Assembly (NCBI RefSeq): GCF_006345805.1
Contig: NC_043003.1
Location: 76,942,001 to 77,006,000 of the forward strand
Direction: 5' to 3'
DNA: 64,000 bases
DNA from: Octopus sinensis
Lineage: Eukaryota
Positions within the stretch are counted from its first letter, which is position 1. Each line of letters opens with the position of its first letter. The notes below the pieces were generated by a model. That model ran no database searches. It was given only the letters and a program-made list of their open reading frames with translations, and was not told where the DNA came from. Shown here one piece after another: positions 36,545 to 49,793 of this stretch. Both the position numbers and the translations under genes were made by a program.

Positions 36545-37991
36545 TTAGATATACTCCTAAAATCTTTGTGCCCTTTAATACCCAGTTATGTACGAGATGA
36601 CATAGGTTTCATCCAACATACCCCCCTCCCCCACTGTCGCAGAAGGTACTATACTTACAAGTTTTGACGTCACCAATCTCTGTACTAATACACCTCACAC
36701 TTTAGGCCTAGAAGCAATCAAATACTGGCTAAAGAAACATAGGGGACGAATAGAGGAATGCTTCAAGACTGACTTCATCACTAAGTCAGTACTAGAAGAA
36801 AATACCTTTAGATTCGACAATAAAACATATGAACAGAAAAAAGGGCACGGATATGGGTACGCGGTTTGCGCCCTCGTATGCAAGCTTAGTTATGGGATAC
36901 TCGGAAGAAAAACTTTATGAAGAAGTAGAAAAAAAGCTTCCTTGATGATTGCTTCATCTTCTGGGACAGATCGAATGAATATCTAATTATATTTAACAGT
37001 ATACTGAACCTACTTCACCCATCCATCAAATTCACGACAGAATCCAGTTGCAATGAATAACCATTCCTGGATATCCACATAAAAATACAGAAGTCCACAG
37101 TCACAATAGACATATTTTACAAAAAAAAAACTGATTCACACCAATATTTAAATTTCTACTCTTGCCATCAATCACACATCAAAAGAAACATCCCATACTG
37201 CATGGCAAGACGCATCTGGGCTATACTGACTGACTTCAAAATACGTGAAATCCGTCTCAATGAACTCAAAGGCTTCCTCACAATTCAGAAATACCCCTTA
37301 GGATTAATTAATGAGGGAATTAAAAAAGCGATGAAACTGAACATCACCCAACTACGAACACCTAAGGAAAAAGTTAATGAAAACACGATTCCATTCGTTA
37401 ACACACACAGTTCTGGAATAGCCATCATCTTTCACGCCATAAAATCGAATTTACATATACTCTTATAAAGCCCTCAAATGAAAAATCTGATTGAAAAAAA
37501 ATACATTTCGGAATAGAAGACGCTAACCAAAAAATCTTTAAAAACACCTTACAAGGGCAGAATTCAAATCAGAGAATGAATCAGAATTCTTAGCAAAACA
37601 ATGTGGAGATAGGAGATGTGGAACATGCAGCAATATCAACAACTTCAAATACTTGGAAAGTGGTTCTTACGTAAAATTCATGAGTGGATCCCTTTTCAAA
37701 ATAAATGCAGATATGAAATGCAAAACGCAAAACCTCCCATACTGCGTTACCTGCCCAAACTGCAAATTTGGCGAAACAAATAATTCGTTTTGCCAACGTG
37801 CAATAATCTACAAGCAACATAACCGACATGGGGAATTACGCAAGATTCCATTAAGTAAGCATCTGGAAATATGCAACGACAGAAAATTCAATATTTTTCC
37901 CTTTTACAAACGTGCACAGGACAATCCGCGATACCGAAAAGCAGAGGAACTACATTTCATCAAAAAATTCTCTCCAAAATTGAATGTTTGA
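36545..37991 (+). mobile_element. Penelope-like element: frameshifted RT plus GIY-YIG endonuclease
   Basis: DILLKSLCPLIPSYVRDD, SFDVTNLCTNTPH, HPSIKFT, PFLDI, TDSHQYLNFYSCH, RNIPYCMARRI and NLPYCVTCPNC..GET motifs in order; multiple stops and frameshifts. Confidence 0.9.
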
Positions 37992-39655
37992 AAGAAAAGC
38001 GGAGACAGTACATTTTGTATTCTAAATATAACTCAAATATCGGAAACATAATGCTCATCTCTGTAAATATTCAGGTGTATATGTATGGCATTGAGATGTT
38101 TGAGATGTTCTGAGCTTTGCGTGTTTTTCTAGTTTGTAAGTGTTATACAAATGTTCTCTAATGCAAAAATATGAAATCGAAAGAGGCGTGATCGAAGTTA
38201 CACAGTATAAACATGGACATATTCCCACCTACCCCCACACTCACACACATACGCACACGGAACTTTGCAGTTGTGAAGCGAACATCTTAATGTTATCAAT
38301 AACCTCCACTGTAAGTTGATGGCGGAGCTTGGATTATGAGATCGAAAAGAACTCTATGCATCTAAACCATACCCGCTTCACCCTGAATGACCATAAACCT
38401 GACTTTTCCAACAAACCTTATATTAGGCTTATTTGCCCTGCTTATTCAGACTTAGATTGCATCAGTTAATGCGACCATTCAGCCACACTGCGTTTACCAA
38501 CAAGTTTACACTATGTCACAACAACGAGCTAATCAAGAAACCACTGCGTAGTTGCTTGTTTGAAATAATGATTATATCACCCTCCGCCATACTTTAATAA
38601 ATTAAATATATTCAGTTATATCTATATATTCTTCAATTGAATGTTAAAGACTTCATCACCGCTCCGCTCCCATCGAATTCAGCGATGATTTTGATGTCAA
38701 TTTCATCGTATTTTTATCGCTCTAAGAGATAAAATTTTTGAGCTCCCACGTTAGAATATTGAAACTACGATGTATTTGGGGCAAAAATTCCATGATTGAG
38801 TCAAACGAAGCCAGTGATTAATTGTTTGTTATGTAGCCCTTAATTAGCCTAGATTGAACAATTATTACCGACGGGTGTGGAATTAAAAGACTTAATTAAT
38901 AACCGAAGTGATTTGAACTTGGATAGTAAAGAAACAGAATTGACAACTTTGGTTTGGCAATTAGTCTGAAATTCCAGCGTTTCTGCCAACTTTTTCACGT
39001 TGCTTACTTTGTTTCTATATTTATTTTTATTCTTGTTTCTTTTATATCTTTGCTTTGTTTTTTGCTTTTTTTTTTGCTGTTTTAGTATTCCTTTCCTTCT
39101 TTTAACTGACCAATTATACTTACAAGTAAGTCACATCAGGACTGGCTTTATAATTGCTCGCCGCCAATAATAACTATAAAATACGACGGCAGCAACAACA
39201 AAAACAGCAGAGAAATGAATCGCCATTGGAATAATTGGCAGACGAATGAGAAAAAAATAAGATAACAAAATAATGTAAATACATTGACAAGAAACAAAAA
39301 AAAATCTAACAATTCTTTATTAATTCGATTTAAAATCAATAGAACTGGTGGTCTTCCGCGATCAAAGATTTTTTTTTTCGCCGGCTTTGAAGTGTAACTA
39401 AATTGAGTTATGGTGCGGTAGACGTAGTAATATAGCAGTAATAATGTCGGTAATATCTTATCTCCATTAATATACCATATACACTATTTATACACTACAT
39501 ATACACATACACACAAGCGCACGCAATCACACATATTCACACACAAATATGAAATATATATAAATATGTATAAATGTGTGAATATTTGTATGCATGTATA
39601 TACAGACATATAGAGATATATACACATACACAAATACATATACATGCATATATGT

Positions 39656-39701
<46 letters not shown>

Positions 39702-39864
39702 CAGAGAGATAGATATGGGTATGTAAATGTATATAAACATTAAAAAAACAAACCTACTTTCATCGTCATGTATATACAGACAGGAAATTCAAGGTAGATA
39801 TACATATTTCATGCGGATATATATACTTGCATACATAGTTATATGTATTTATATATAGATATTC

Positions 39865-40317
39865 TTCTATTCTTTTAGTTGTTTCTGTCATTTGACTGCA
39901 GTCATGCAGGAGCACCACCTTTAGTCGAACAAATCGACACCAGGACATACTTTTTAAGCCTAGTACTTATTCTATCGGACTCTATTGCCGAACCGTCAAG
40001 TTTCGGTGGCGTAAACACCAACTTTTGTTGTCAAGCGGACAAACACAAACACACATATACAGACATACATACATACATGGCGGTGCCCCAGCATGGCCAC
40101 AGCTCGTGAACTGAAACTAAATGAAATGAAAAAATGAAAATACATATATATATATATATATGTACACGACGGGCTTCTTTCAGTTTCCGTCTATAAAATC
40201 CATTCAGAAGGCTTGGGTCGGCTCATACCTATAGTAGAAGATACTTGCCCAAGTTGACTGAACTCGGAACCATGTGGTTGGGAAGCAAGCGTCTTACTAA
40301 ACACCTACTCCTGCGCC
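39865..40317 (-). mobile_element. SINE family 2, full-length copy
   Basis: tRNA-like head GGCGCAGGAGTAG..., internal (TA/TG) tract, and tail CAGTCAAATGACAGAAAC..AAAAG; matches 44761-45178. Confidence 0.8.
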
Positions 40318-40412
40318 TATATATACATATACACACAGACATACATATATACATATATGTACATATAGTATATGCATGTATATATATAATATATATGATA
40401 TATATATATACT

Positions 40413-40445
<33 letters not shown>

Positions 40446-40459
40446 GATATATATATATA

Positions 40460-40525
<66 letters not shown>

Positions 40526-40961
40526 CTATCAGTACAGGTATAGTTATATCAGTGTGTGTGTGAGTTTATATATATATATACATATCACATACAAATACAG
40601 ACTGATATTTCACATTCAACATAATTAAACACATATAAACATATATACATATACATTTAGAGGTATAGGTATTAAAGTATGTATTTCTATGTCCGTACAA
40701 AGAAACATGTGTGTGCATATATGTATGTATATATCTTTATATTGAGAGATTGATTCATAGTTACTAATTCGTGTATATATAATAAATATAGTAAAGCGTA
40801 TGAAATATATGAGAGTAGATATTATGTAGTTGCCTATGGCAATTCGAAAGCATGAATATATATATACTTGCACATAGGTACGCACATACAAACACATATA
40901 ACAGCGCGTGTATGCATAACTGTAGATTTGTGTGGGGTGTGCGTACCTATATGTATATATA

Positions 40962-40997
<36 letters not shown>

Positions 40998-41004
<7 letters not shown>

Positions 41005-41115
41005 ATCACGTGACCGACCAGGCTATCAGATGTTGCTACACATCGCTGGTCACAATGCGCTTCGCATTGATTTAGCCTTCAAATGACGCCACCCCGCTGG
41101 CTAAGCGAGCAGGCC
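40998..41115. mobile_element. ~118-bp GC-richer structured insert within (TA)n
   Basis: Terminal 16-bp palindrome TCACGTGATCACGTGA; hairpins CAATGCG-ctt-CGCATTG, GACCAG/CTGGTC and TTAGCC/GGCTAA; TA repeats on both sides. Confidence 0.5.
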
Positions 41116-41259
41116 AATATATATATATATAATCACATATATAAACACACACACGCACACACATGTATATATATATATACCTACACACATTTCTATAAAT
41201 ATTTGTGGTCATTTATCAATGTATGCAAACATATACATATATGTATGTATATATGTATG

Positions 41260-41720
41260 TATGTATCTATGTTAGGTCACTTTCGAGTGCTACTGGTAAC
41301 ATGTAGCCCAGTACAACCTGTCGCATGGTCGGGTCGTCGGCGACTAAACTGATAACCCCACCAAGCTTGCTTGGTGAGGAGGATGTTTATTGAACACCCT
41401 GCGGGATGAAAAACAAAACCTGTCAAAGGGCGGAGGAACTCTTTAGAGTCAACGGCCACCCAATAAATGTCTTAAGGCTGTATCATGCGCAGGCACATGG
41501 AAATAATCGGACTGAATACCCGATCGTGCGCTTAAATCATTGGAAGTGAAGGATTCCTAGCCTTTGTTAGGGCATCCTTCTAGGAGAAGGTAACTCAGGT
41601 AACTGGGATAACTCCGACATAAAGTCTGCGGCTCAGTGGTTACCGATTATATTGACTTGTTCTTCTTTTCGGATTATGGCTGTGGAGAGTAACAGACTGA
41701 GAGGAACATACGTGGTGGTG
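41260..41720 (+). mobile_element. Probable LINE (RTE-like) 5' UTR fragment
   Basis: GC-richer non-coding block with TCTAGGAGAAGGTAACTC-type motifs; recognised by resemblance only. Confidence 0.3.
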
Positions 41721-42179
41721 GTAGCTGAAGCGGTCAAGCATGATGGTGCTAATAAGGGATGGGAAAGACAATGGTTATGGTTATGGAGGGAAAGACGGTG
41801 AAATAAAAAATGTTGATGGTGGTGGCGTCAGAAGTCTGAATGGTGTGTGAATGTCAGTTGTGGTGGCGATGGTGCTGGTACAGATGATGGTGATAGAGAG
41901 AAAGAAAGAGAGAAAGAAAGGGGTTAAACAGGAAAAAAAAATTGTACTGACCCCCGAATAGGAAGACAAATTAATGTTTTTTATCATGAAGCGTTGCAAT
42001 AAGTCCCAAGTCGACATATTATATCATTGCTTTGAGGAAAATTGCTCATTGCTTGAAAAATATTGGTCAAATTTAATAAAAGTTAATATGTACTCAATGC
42101 ATGAAGCGTCATTATTGGGCCCAAGGCCCAATGAAGAGCCCTCCACAGGAACTAGCTTAAAAGCGGCCCGATATATGCA

Positions 42180-42285
42180 TATATACGTATATTCATATAA
42201 ATATAGGTATATAAATATATACATATACATGTACATATATATGAATGTGTGTATATATACGTACATATGTATGTTCATTCATATA

Positions 42286-42369
<84 letters not shown>

Positions 42370-42486
42370 GTATGTATGTATGTATGACTGTATGTATGTG
42401 TATATATATATATATATATATGTGTGTATCTGTGTGTGTATGTATACATATAGGTATATATATGTGTGTATATATATATACATATG

Positions 42487-42539
<53 letters not shown>

Positions 42540-42565
42540 TATATATAATATATATATATATATAT

Positions 42566-42596
<31 letters not shown>

Positions 42597-44353
42597 GCAT
42601 ATAACATATGCATATAAAGTTAATCCAAACAAGAAAACAAAAAACACAACAACGCAAGGACGTGGAACAAATAAAGTATTATTGGACGCTCAGGAAAGAA
42701 GGGAAGAAGGAGGGTTTAACGTTTCGAGCGGAGCGCTTCGTCGGAAACATAGGAGAAGGAAAGATCCCGAGAAGGGAAGACAGAGGAAACAAAATCGCCG
42801 GTGGTACTCACGAGGTCACATACTGAAAGACGGAAGTAATAAGGTAGAAGAATAATAATGTTTTTTAAAGACATGAGAGTTTATCAAAGACAGTATGGTA
42901 AAGAAAGTGAGAGGGGGAATGTGTGTGGGTGGGTGCGTGCGGGGAGGTCAGCGTGTGCGCGTGTGTGTGTATGTGTGCAATGATGACACGTGTGTGTGTG
43001 TGTGCGTGTGTGTGTATGTGTGTATGGCGTGGCTAGTAGCAGGCCAGTATGTAAGAATTAAGGAGTGGTGTTTTGGGTCCAATCACAGGTCAAAAACAAA
43101 GAGGTATGTGAGTGTGCGTGTATGTATATGTATCGTGGGTGTGTTTTGTTTGTAGTGTATGTGTGTGTGTGTGTATGTGTGTGTGTATGTGTGTGTTAGT
43201 GTGTGTATGCGTAGAGTTTGGGTGTGTGGCGAGTAACTATGCTTAACTTAGTGTATGTGTGCGTGTGTGCTTGTACGTGCGTGTGTGTGTGTATATATAT
43301 GTATGTATAATTGTGTGCGTGTATGTATGGTTGTGTGCCGTGTGTATGGGATGTATGTGTGGGTTCATTGTGTGTGTGTGTGTATGTATGTGCGTGTAGT
43401 TGTGTGTGCGTGTATGTGTGCGTTTGTATGTGTGTGTGTATAAGCGTATATGGATGTATATGCGTGTATCCGTGGGGTTGTGAGTTTTGCGTGTGTGCGT
43501 GCGTATGTGTGCGCATGTTTTTTGTGTGCGTATGTATGTGTGTGTGTGTGTGCGTGTATGTGTGCGTTTGTATGTGTGTGTGTGTGTGCGTGTGTGTGTA
43601 TATATATGTATGTATGTATATGTATCGTGGGTGTGTTTTGTTTGTAGTGTATGTGTGTGTGTGTGTGTGTGCGTGTATTGTATATATATGTAAATGTGTG
43701 TGTGTGCGTGTGTGTATACGTGCGTGGCAGTGAATGTATGTATATATGTGCGTGTGTGTGCAAATGTAGGGGTTTATATGTGTGTTTTTATGTGTGTATA
43801 TGCATGTATGCAAGCACACACTTTATAATTGAAAGATTGATGGAAAAAAAAATGTTGGTGTGAGTGTATGTGAATCCACAGGCACACACATACACACACT
43901 GATGCACGCCTGCAATACAGCCAACCCCATATGCATGTATGTATGTATGTATGTATGTATGTATGTATGTATGTGTGTGTGTGTATGTATGTGTGTATGT
44001 GTTTGTGTGTATGTATGTATGTGTGTATGTATGTATGTATGTATGTATGTATGTGTGAGTGTGTATGTGTGTATGTATGTATGTATGTATGTGTGTATGT
44101 ATGTGTGTGTATGTATGTATGTGTGTATGTGTGTAAGTGTGTGTGTGTGTATGTATGTATGTATGTATGTGTGTGTGTATGTATGTATGTATGTATGTGT
44201 GCATACATGTATGTGTGTGTATGTATGTATGTATGTGTGCATGCATGTATGTGTGTGTATGTATGTATGTATGTATGTATGTATGTATGGTGTGTGTATG
44301 TATGTGTGTGTGTATGTGTGTATGTGTGTATGTGTATATATGTATATATATAC

Positions 44354-44414
<61 letters not shown>

Positions 44415-44480
44415 TCTATGTGTGTGTGTATATATGTATGTATGTATATGTATGTATGTATGTATGTATATCGTCAGCAA
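42180..44480. repeat. 2.3-kb compound microsatellite (TA/TG/ATGT) with internal duplicated blocks
   Basis: Near-continuous simple repeats; the block TATCGTGGGTGTGTTTTGTTTGTAGTGTATG occurs at ~43130 and ~43622. Confidence 0.9.
42714..42748 (-). ncRNA. Minimal type I hammerhead motif in a Penelope terminal-repeat fragment (42610-42900)
   Basis: GTTT-CCGACGA-A-GCGCTCCGCTC-GAAA-CGT-T-AAAC: stem I GTTT/AAAC and palindromic ACGT stem III; U4 changed to C and one stem II mismatch. Confidence 0.6.
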
Positions 44481-44760
44481 ATCATAAATCCGAAAGAGAA
44501 GCAGTTGATTAATTAGATAAAGATAGTTATGACGGATGTGTGGGGCTACTCAGGATTTCACGTCTATAAAGAGCTTTCTTTTACAACGTCTCAACAGATC
44601 CTAATTGCCGGTGACCTATAACCTTTCTTCAAAAGTGCTTAGCTTTACAAACTTTCGTCCGCCCCTAGTTGCTGGTGGCCTATAACCAGTCTCTGAAGCG
44701 AAGGTATAAATACACTACAAACCCTGAGTAATTCCATAGACCGGCCATAACTATTATTAT

Positions 44761-45178
44761 AGGTATAGTTGTTTGGTAAAGAGCTTCCTTCTCAACCACA
44801 TGGTTCCGGGTTCAGTCGCACTGCGTGGCGCCTTGGGCAAATGTCTTCTACTACACCCTCGGATCTACCAAAGCTTTGCGAGTGGATTTGGTAAACGGAA
44901 ACTGAAAGAAGCCAGTCATGTGTGTGTTTGTGTGTGTGTGTGTGTGGTGTGTGTGTGTGTGTGCTTGTTTCCCCGGGCCATCGCTTAACAACCGATGTTG
45001 GTGTGTTTACGTACCACTAACTTAGCATTTCAGCAAAAGTGCGTGATAGATTAAGTGCCTGATAGATTAAAGCTTACAAAGAATAAGTCTTGGAGTTGAT
45101 TTCTTCGACTAAAATTCTTTAAGGCGATACTCCAGCATGGCCGTAGTCAAATGGCTGAAACAAATAAAAGAATAAAAG
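44761..45178 (+). mobile_element. SINE family 2 copy
   Basis: CAACCACATGGTTCCGGGTTCAGTC head, internal (TG)n, and tail CCAGCATGGCCGTAGTCAAATGGCTGAAACAAATAAAAG. Confidence 0.8.
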
Positions 45179-45179
45179 A

Positions 45180-45210
<31 letters not shown>

Positions 45211-45539
45211 ATATATAAATTGAGATAGGGGTTGTAAATGCAACCCTCTATGGGATAACGTATATCCAATATATATATATACGCGCACACACACAACGAA
45301 TTCTCCCTTTGAGATTGATATACGAGTGTTTATTGAGAATCCATTCACTTCATCCGGTAACGCCTCATGTGAGTCCTCAGACCAACAAAAGCAATATGGC
45401 TATAAACACGTGCATGACTTATCAAGCTAGCACGTGACCTAGCAGAGAAATCACAGTATTATAGACAATGGTGGTTTGTTGAGTATCTGTTATTTTTTCT
45501 TCTTTTTTTTGTTGATTACTTTTCTTATTTTTCCATAAC

Positions 45540-47990
45540 TTTTCTTGATGAAGTACCTTTTGAAATTCGAAATTCTGAAGCTGGAAGAAGCACACTCTCC
45601 TCCAGTGTAGGCGTTTTAAATTATCTTTTAATTTGTCCTGATACCGTAGAGGTGGACAGTCTATATTGCATCGTGAATTTACAAGCTGACCACTATTTAA
45701 GCGAAAGATTTGTCCACACCATCACATCTATTCCGAATATTCCACACTTTTCCAGGATAGTCCTATTCTTTACTCTATAATCCGACTCAAACTATAAAGT
45801 GTCCATATAAAAGAGATTTTAGAGTAACTAACTTATACACATCAGTTTGTGTCCTTCGTGAGACATCATGAACATTCCAAAGTCAGTCAATCATAAATCT
45901 TTCCAAAAGCTATACTGGACTTTCCAATATGGGTTTGGACCTCCCTTTCGAGTTTAGCATCGCTTGTTACTGTAGAACCCCAATATGTGAAGGCATCAGT
46001 GCTTTGCCTTCAATAAACAGGCTTTTCAGAGTTTTGCCTTCAACGTGCTGGGCAAGATTTGTAGAGAGTTACCAGAACGTGGCTGATACAAGAATTCAGT
46101 TCTTTTTATGCTGATAGTCATGCCAAAAGAATTGACTGTTGCTGCAAATCTATCAAGGGTGTGCTGGATGCACTCGAGTGTATGAGTAACCAGGGCTTAT
46201 ATTCCTATTTTCAAAAACAGTCTTCTACATCAGAAAAGGAACAATCCAGGATTACTGCAAAAAATAGTGCAAATAATACTGGTGGCAAAACAACAAACTT
46301 GTTTTGTACAATTTTTAATATCGAAAGGCTGAGACTGATCCATTTCAGAGAACGGAAGCCTTTAAATCTTTATGTAGTGATACTATGACATTTAGCATTT
46401 GCTGGGGAATCCCGTGCTTCGCTAATACCTGCCGATATACCGGGTCGAAGACCTTTGTTAGGTCAACAAATACGGTTGAGACCCCATCGGTCATGAATGA
46501 CCATGGGATTGCACCTACAAAGTTACACTCCGAGGCATGAGTCCGAGCAAGGTTGTTTATGGAAAGCCAGCAGTCGCCCATGCATACCAGCCTCCCCTCT
46601 CCACACCACTGATGCTATCCAAGGGAAAGGCAAAGGCCGATACAGCTTGGCCGCAGTGACGTCGCAATTCATTTCTGCAGCTGAGTGAACTGAAGCAACG
46701 TGAAATAAATACTCAAGAACACAACACGCAGCCCGGTTCGGGAATCGAACTCACAACCTCACGATTATAAGCTCGACGCTCTAACCACTGAGCCATATGC
46801 CTTCACACCAAATACGGTACAGAGGTCTTTATTATGCTCCCGGGCTTTCACCTGAACTTGCCACAAACTAAATACCACATTCACTGTCCCTCGACATGAA
46901 CTAAACCCATACTGACTCTCTGGATAGACAGAACCGACAAAGTCAATCTTAATTCTGTCTAGGATGACGCTAGAGAGGATCTTTCCTGCATCAGAGAAGC
47001 GATATGCCATGATGAGTTTCACATTCGTACTTATTACCTTTATATTTATATATATGTATAATCGTTGCATCTTTGAATTGTCGGGGAACAGTTACTATTT
47101 GCCACATTTAGACCATAAACTCTCTCAGTTTATGTATCAAAATATTTCCGCTACATTCAAAATTTTCTTCAGAAATACCATCCTTTCCTGGGGCTTTTTA
47201 ATTCGTCAGTTGTTTTATAACCTCATTCACTTCATCCAAAAATGTCAGTTACCGGTCTTTGAAGGATATTATTGACTTAGTTCATGTCTATATTTGTATG
47301 TCTGTTGTGCTATTGTTTATAAAATGTTCTGCTCAGCGCTTTGATATGTCATCATGATCTGTGAGAAGATTTCCTACTGTAGAAAGAACAAGAGAGCACC
47401 CTTCTTTACTTGGACCAGATACTCACTTCAAAGTTTGATAGAAACCTTTCATATAATGTTTGTCAGCTGTTGGTTTGAACAGTGTTTATGGCAGACTTGT
47501 AAAGCCTTTTCTTTCTAACAGTGTTCTTATCTGCAATCCATTCTTTGTAAAGTCTATATATTTCACCTTTTCTAGCCTACTTCCCACACAATTGAAAGCA
47601 ACTCCATCCTAAATAGTCTGCTTTGTAGTTAGGAAGAGGACACGGTCTGTGAAATTGCTCCCATAAGTCTCACAGAACGACCATCTACTTCTTGTCACCA
47701 TACGTGTAAAGCTCAAGCTAGAAACCTCCAGTGACATTAGCCACCTGTTCCTGTCGCAATCACTTCATCGCCATAGAATTTGGTTTGTTCTTAGGTTGTC
47801 ACTGAGTGATCTACACTATGAGTTTGTTTAAAACGGAATTCGCATGTGCTGGACAAAACCTACTCTCTCTACCTAGAAAGCGTAACCTGTACTGGTACTC
47901 AGTGTGCTATTTGTCAGATGCAGACCAGGTAACAGATCAAGTAGTGATGGTATAGCTTGATCTATCAATGGGTTGACAGATGGTGGCTCA
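45540..47990 (-). mobile_element. Decayed RTE-clade LINE (APE endonuclease ~47330-47760, RT ~45540-47010), internally deleted
   Basis: GVAFN..., KGFYQTL (APE-like); GKILSSVILDRI..PESQYGF...RGTVNVVFSLWQVQVKAREHN, VFVDLTKVFD, FTYWGSTVTSDAKLEREVQTHIGKSSIAFGK and LLYG (RTE RT). Confidence 0.8.
46477..46808 (-). mobile_element. SINE family 3 copy inserted in the RTE RT, with a 10-bp TSD
   Basis: tRNA-like head GGCATATGGCTCAGTGGTTAGAGCG...GAGTTCGATTCCC; CAAATACGGT duplicated at 46467-46476 and 46809-46818, splitting TVF/VDLTK. Confidence 0.85.
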
Positions 47991-48099
47991 GCTCACAAAC
48001 ATAAATATACACATATGCACATACAAAAATTATGATATGTAAAAATATATATAGAAAGGAATATAAAAAATATATAATGATGAATAATAATAAATATTC

Positions 48100-48240
48100 C
48101 ATCTCCCAAATTCACTCACAAGGCTCTGATTAGCCTGGAGTTATAGTAGAAGACACTTGACCAAGATGATAAGCAATGGGACTGAACTTGAAATCATGTG
48201 GCTGGGAAACAAATTTCCTACCACACAGTCACTCCTGCAC
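48100..48240 (-). mobile_element. SINE family 2, 5' fragment
   Basis: AAATTCACTCACAAGGCT...ATAGTAGAAGACACTTG...ACCACACAGTCACTCCTGCAC. Confidence 0.7.
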
Positions 48241-49024
48241 GAATATTCATACCCAGGCTTTCGGCCCTTGAGTCTCTGTCGATTCTGATAAATATTAATA
48301 AAAAATATTATGTATATATTCATGTTCTGAGTTCTGTTTTTTTCTGTTTGCCACATCAAGCTTTTGTGCATGTGTATGTGTGTGTGTGTGTGTGTATGTG
48401 TGCGTGTGTGTATGCATATACATACAGCGCCAACATATAAATATATTTACAAGTGTGCACAAGTGTATATACATACATATATATATATAATAACACTCAC
48501 TAACATACACACACACCATCGCACACACACCAACGAACACACACCAACACACACATATACACATTCTCCTGGTCGGTCATTAGTGTTTCTCTCCTATCCA
48601 TCTTGTAGTAATTGGTATCAGATTAGTCTTCATAGGATAATATTTATTTAGTTTCTGTTTTTATTTGCTTTTAAAGTTTTTCTTTAATGTCTTGTCTTTT
48701 ATGTATGCTGCTTTTTCCTCTGTTATTTCGTGAAACGTCACACCTTGTCTCGTTATATCTTCATTTTTCATTCTGTCTACCATCTTAGAACTAGCTGTAT
48801 TCTGGTCAAACTAATAGCAATAGCGAGGCAATCAAATTCTTCAGTTCGCTATACATGTATACACACAGAGAGACACGCATATTTATATATATATATACAT
48901 ACATATGTGTGTTTGTTCTACATATACATGTATGTGGGCGAGTATGTATGTATATGTGCATATATGTATATATATATATGTATATATGTATGTGTGTGTA
49001 TATATATATATGTATATATATATG

Positions 49025-49081
<57 letters not shown>

Positions 49082-49753
49082 AATATATATATTATATATA
49101 TACGGGTGTGTGTATGTGTATGTTATCTGTGTGTATGTAAAGAGAAAGGGGAAGAAGATTATGACAGAAAGAGAAAGAGGGAGAGAGAAAAAACAGAGAG
49201 AGAGAGAGAATGTAAGATCATGGACACAAAAACTTAGCGTGCTTTTTTTTAGTTTTTGCCAATGACTGAGAAATCGAGACTCATTTTTTGTATATTTGAC
49301 ATCGAAACGTATTATAATGGTAAAACCAGTATCAAGAACATCAACAACAATAATAATGATAATAATATTTTTGCTGCTAGAGCGTCGAATTATGGGACCA
49401 TTTAGGCACGTATATATTGCTTTCTGTTTAATTTTATAAATAATGCAACTGCTGTCGTATGGTTAGAAGATTCATTTAGTTTTCATAAATACAGGAGAGA
49501 TGATATTAATAAAAATCTCTCCAAAGCCAATATTTTTAATAACTAATCAATTCGCGAATATCAACGACAATAACACAACCGTTAAGGAACGGTGAGGAGG
49601 TGCATACGTTGCACTGTCTTTTAAATGGAGACTGAGTTGTCTAGGAATATTTTATTTATGCATATTATATTGATATATGTATAACAAGATTATTTTACTC
49701 GTATCAAACACTTCAACTGGTGTTATACATAGATACACACATACTATATAATA

Positions 49754-49793
<40 letters not shown>

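Noticed and set aside
42245-44516. Many long ORFs (IYIY, HTHT, CVCV, MYVC types), here and throughout the window
   Set aside because: Stop-free translations of di- and tetranucleotide microsatellites; no coding signal.
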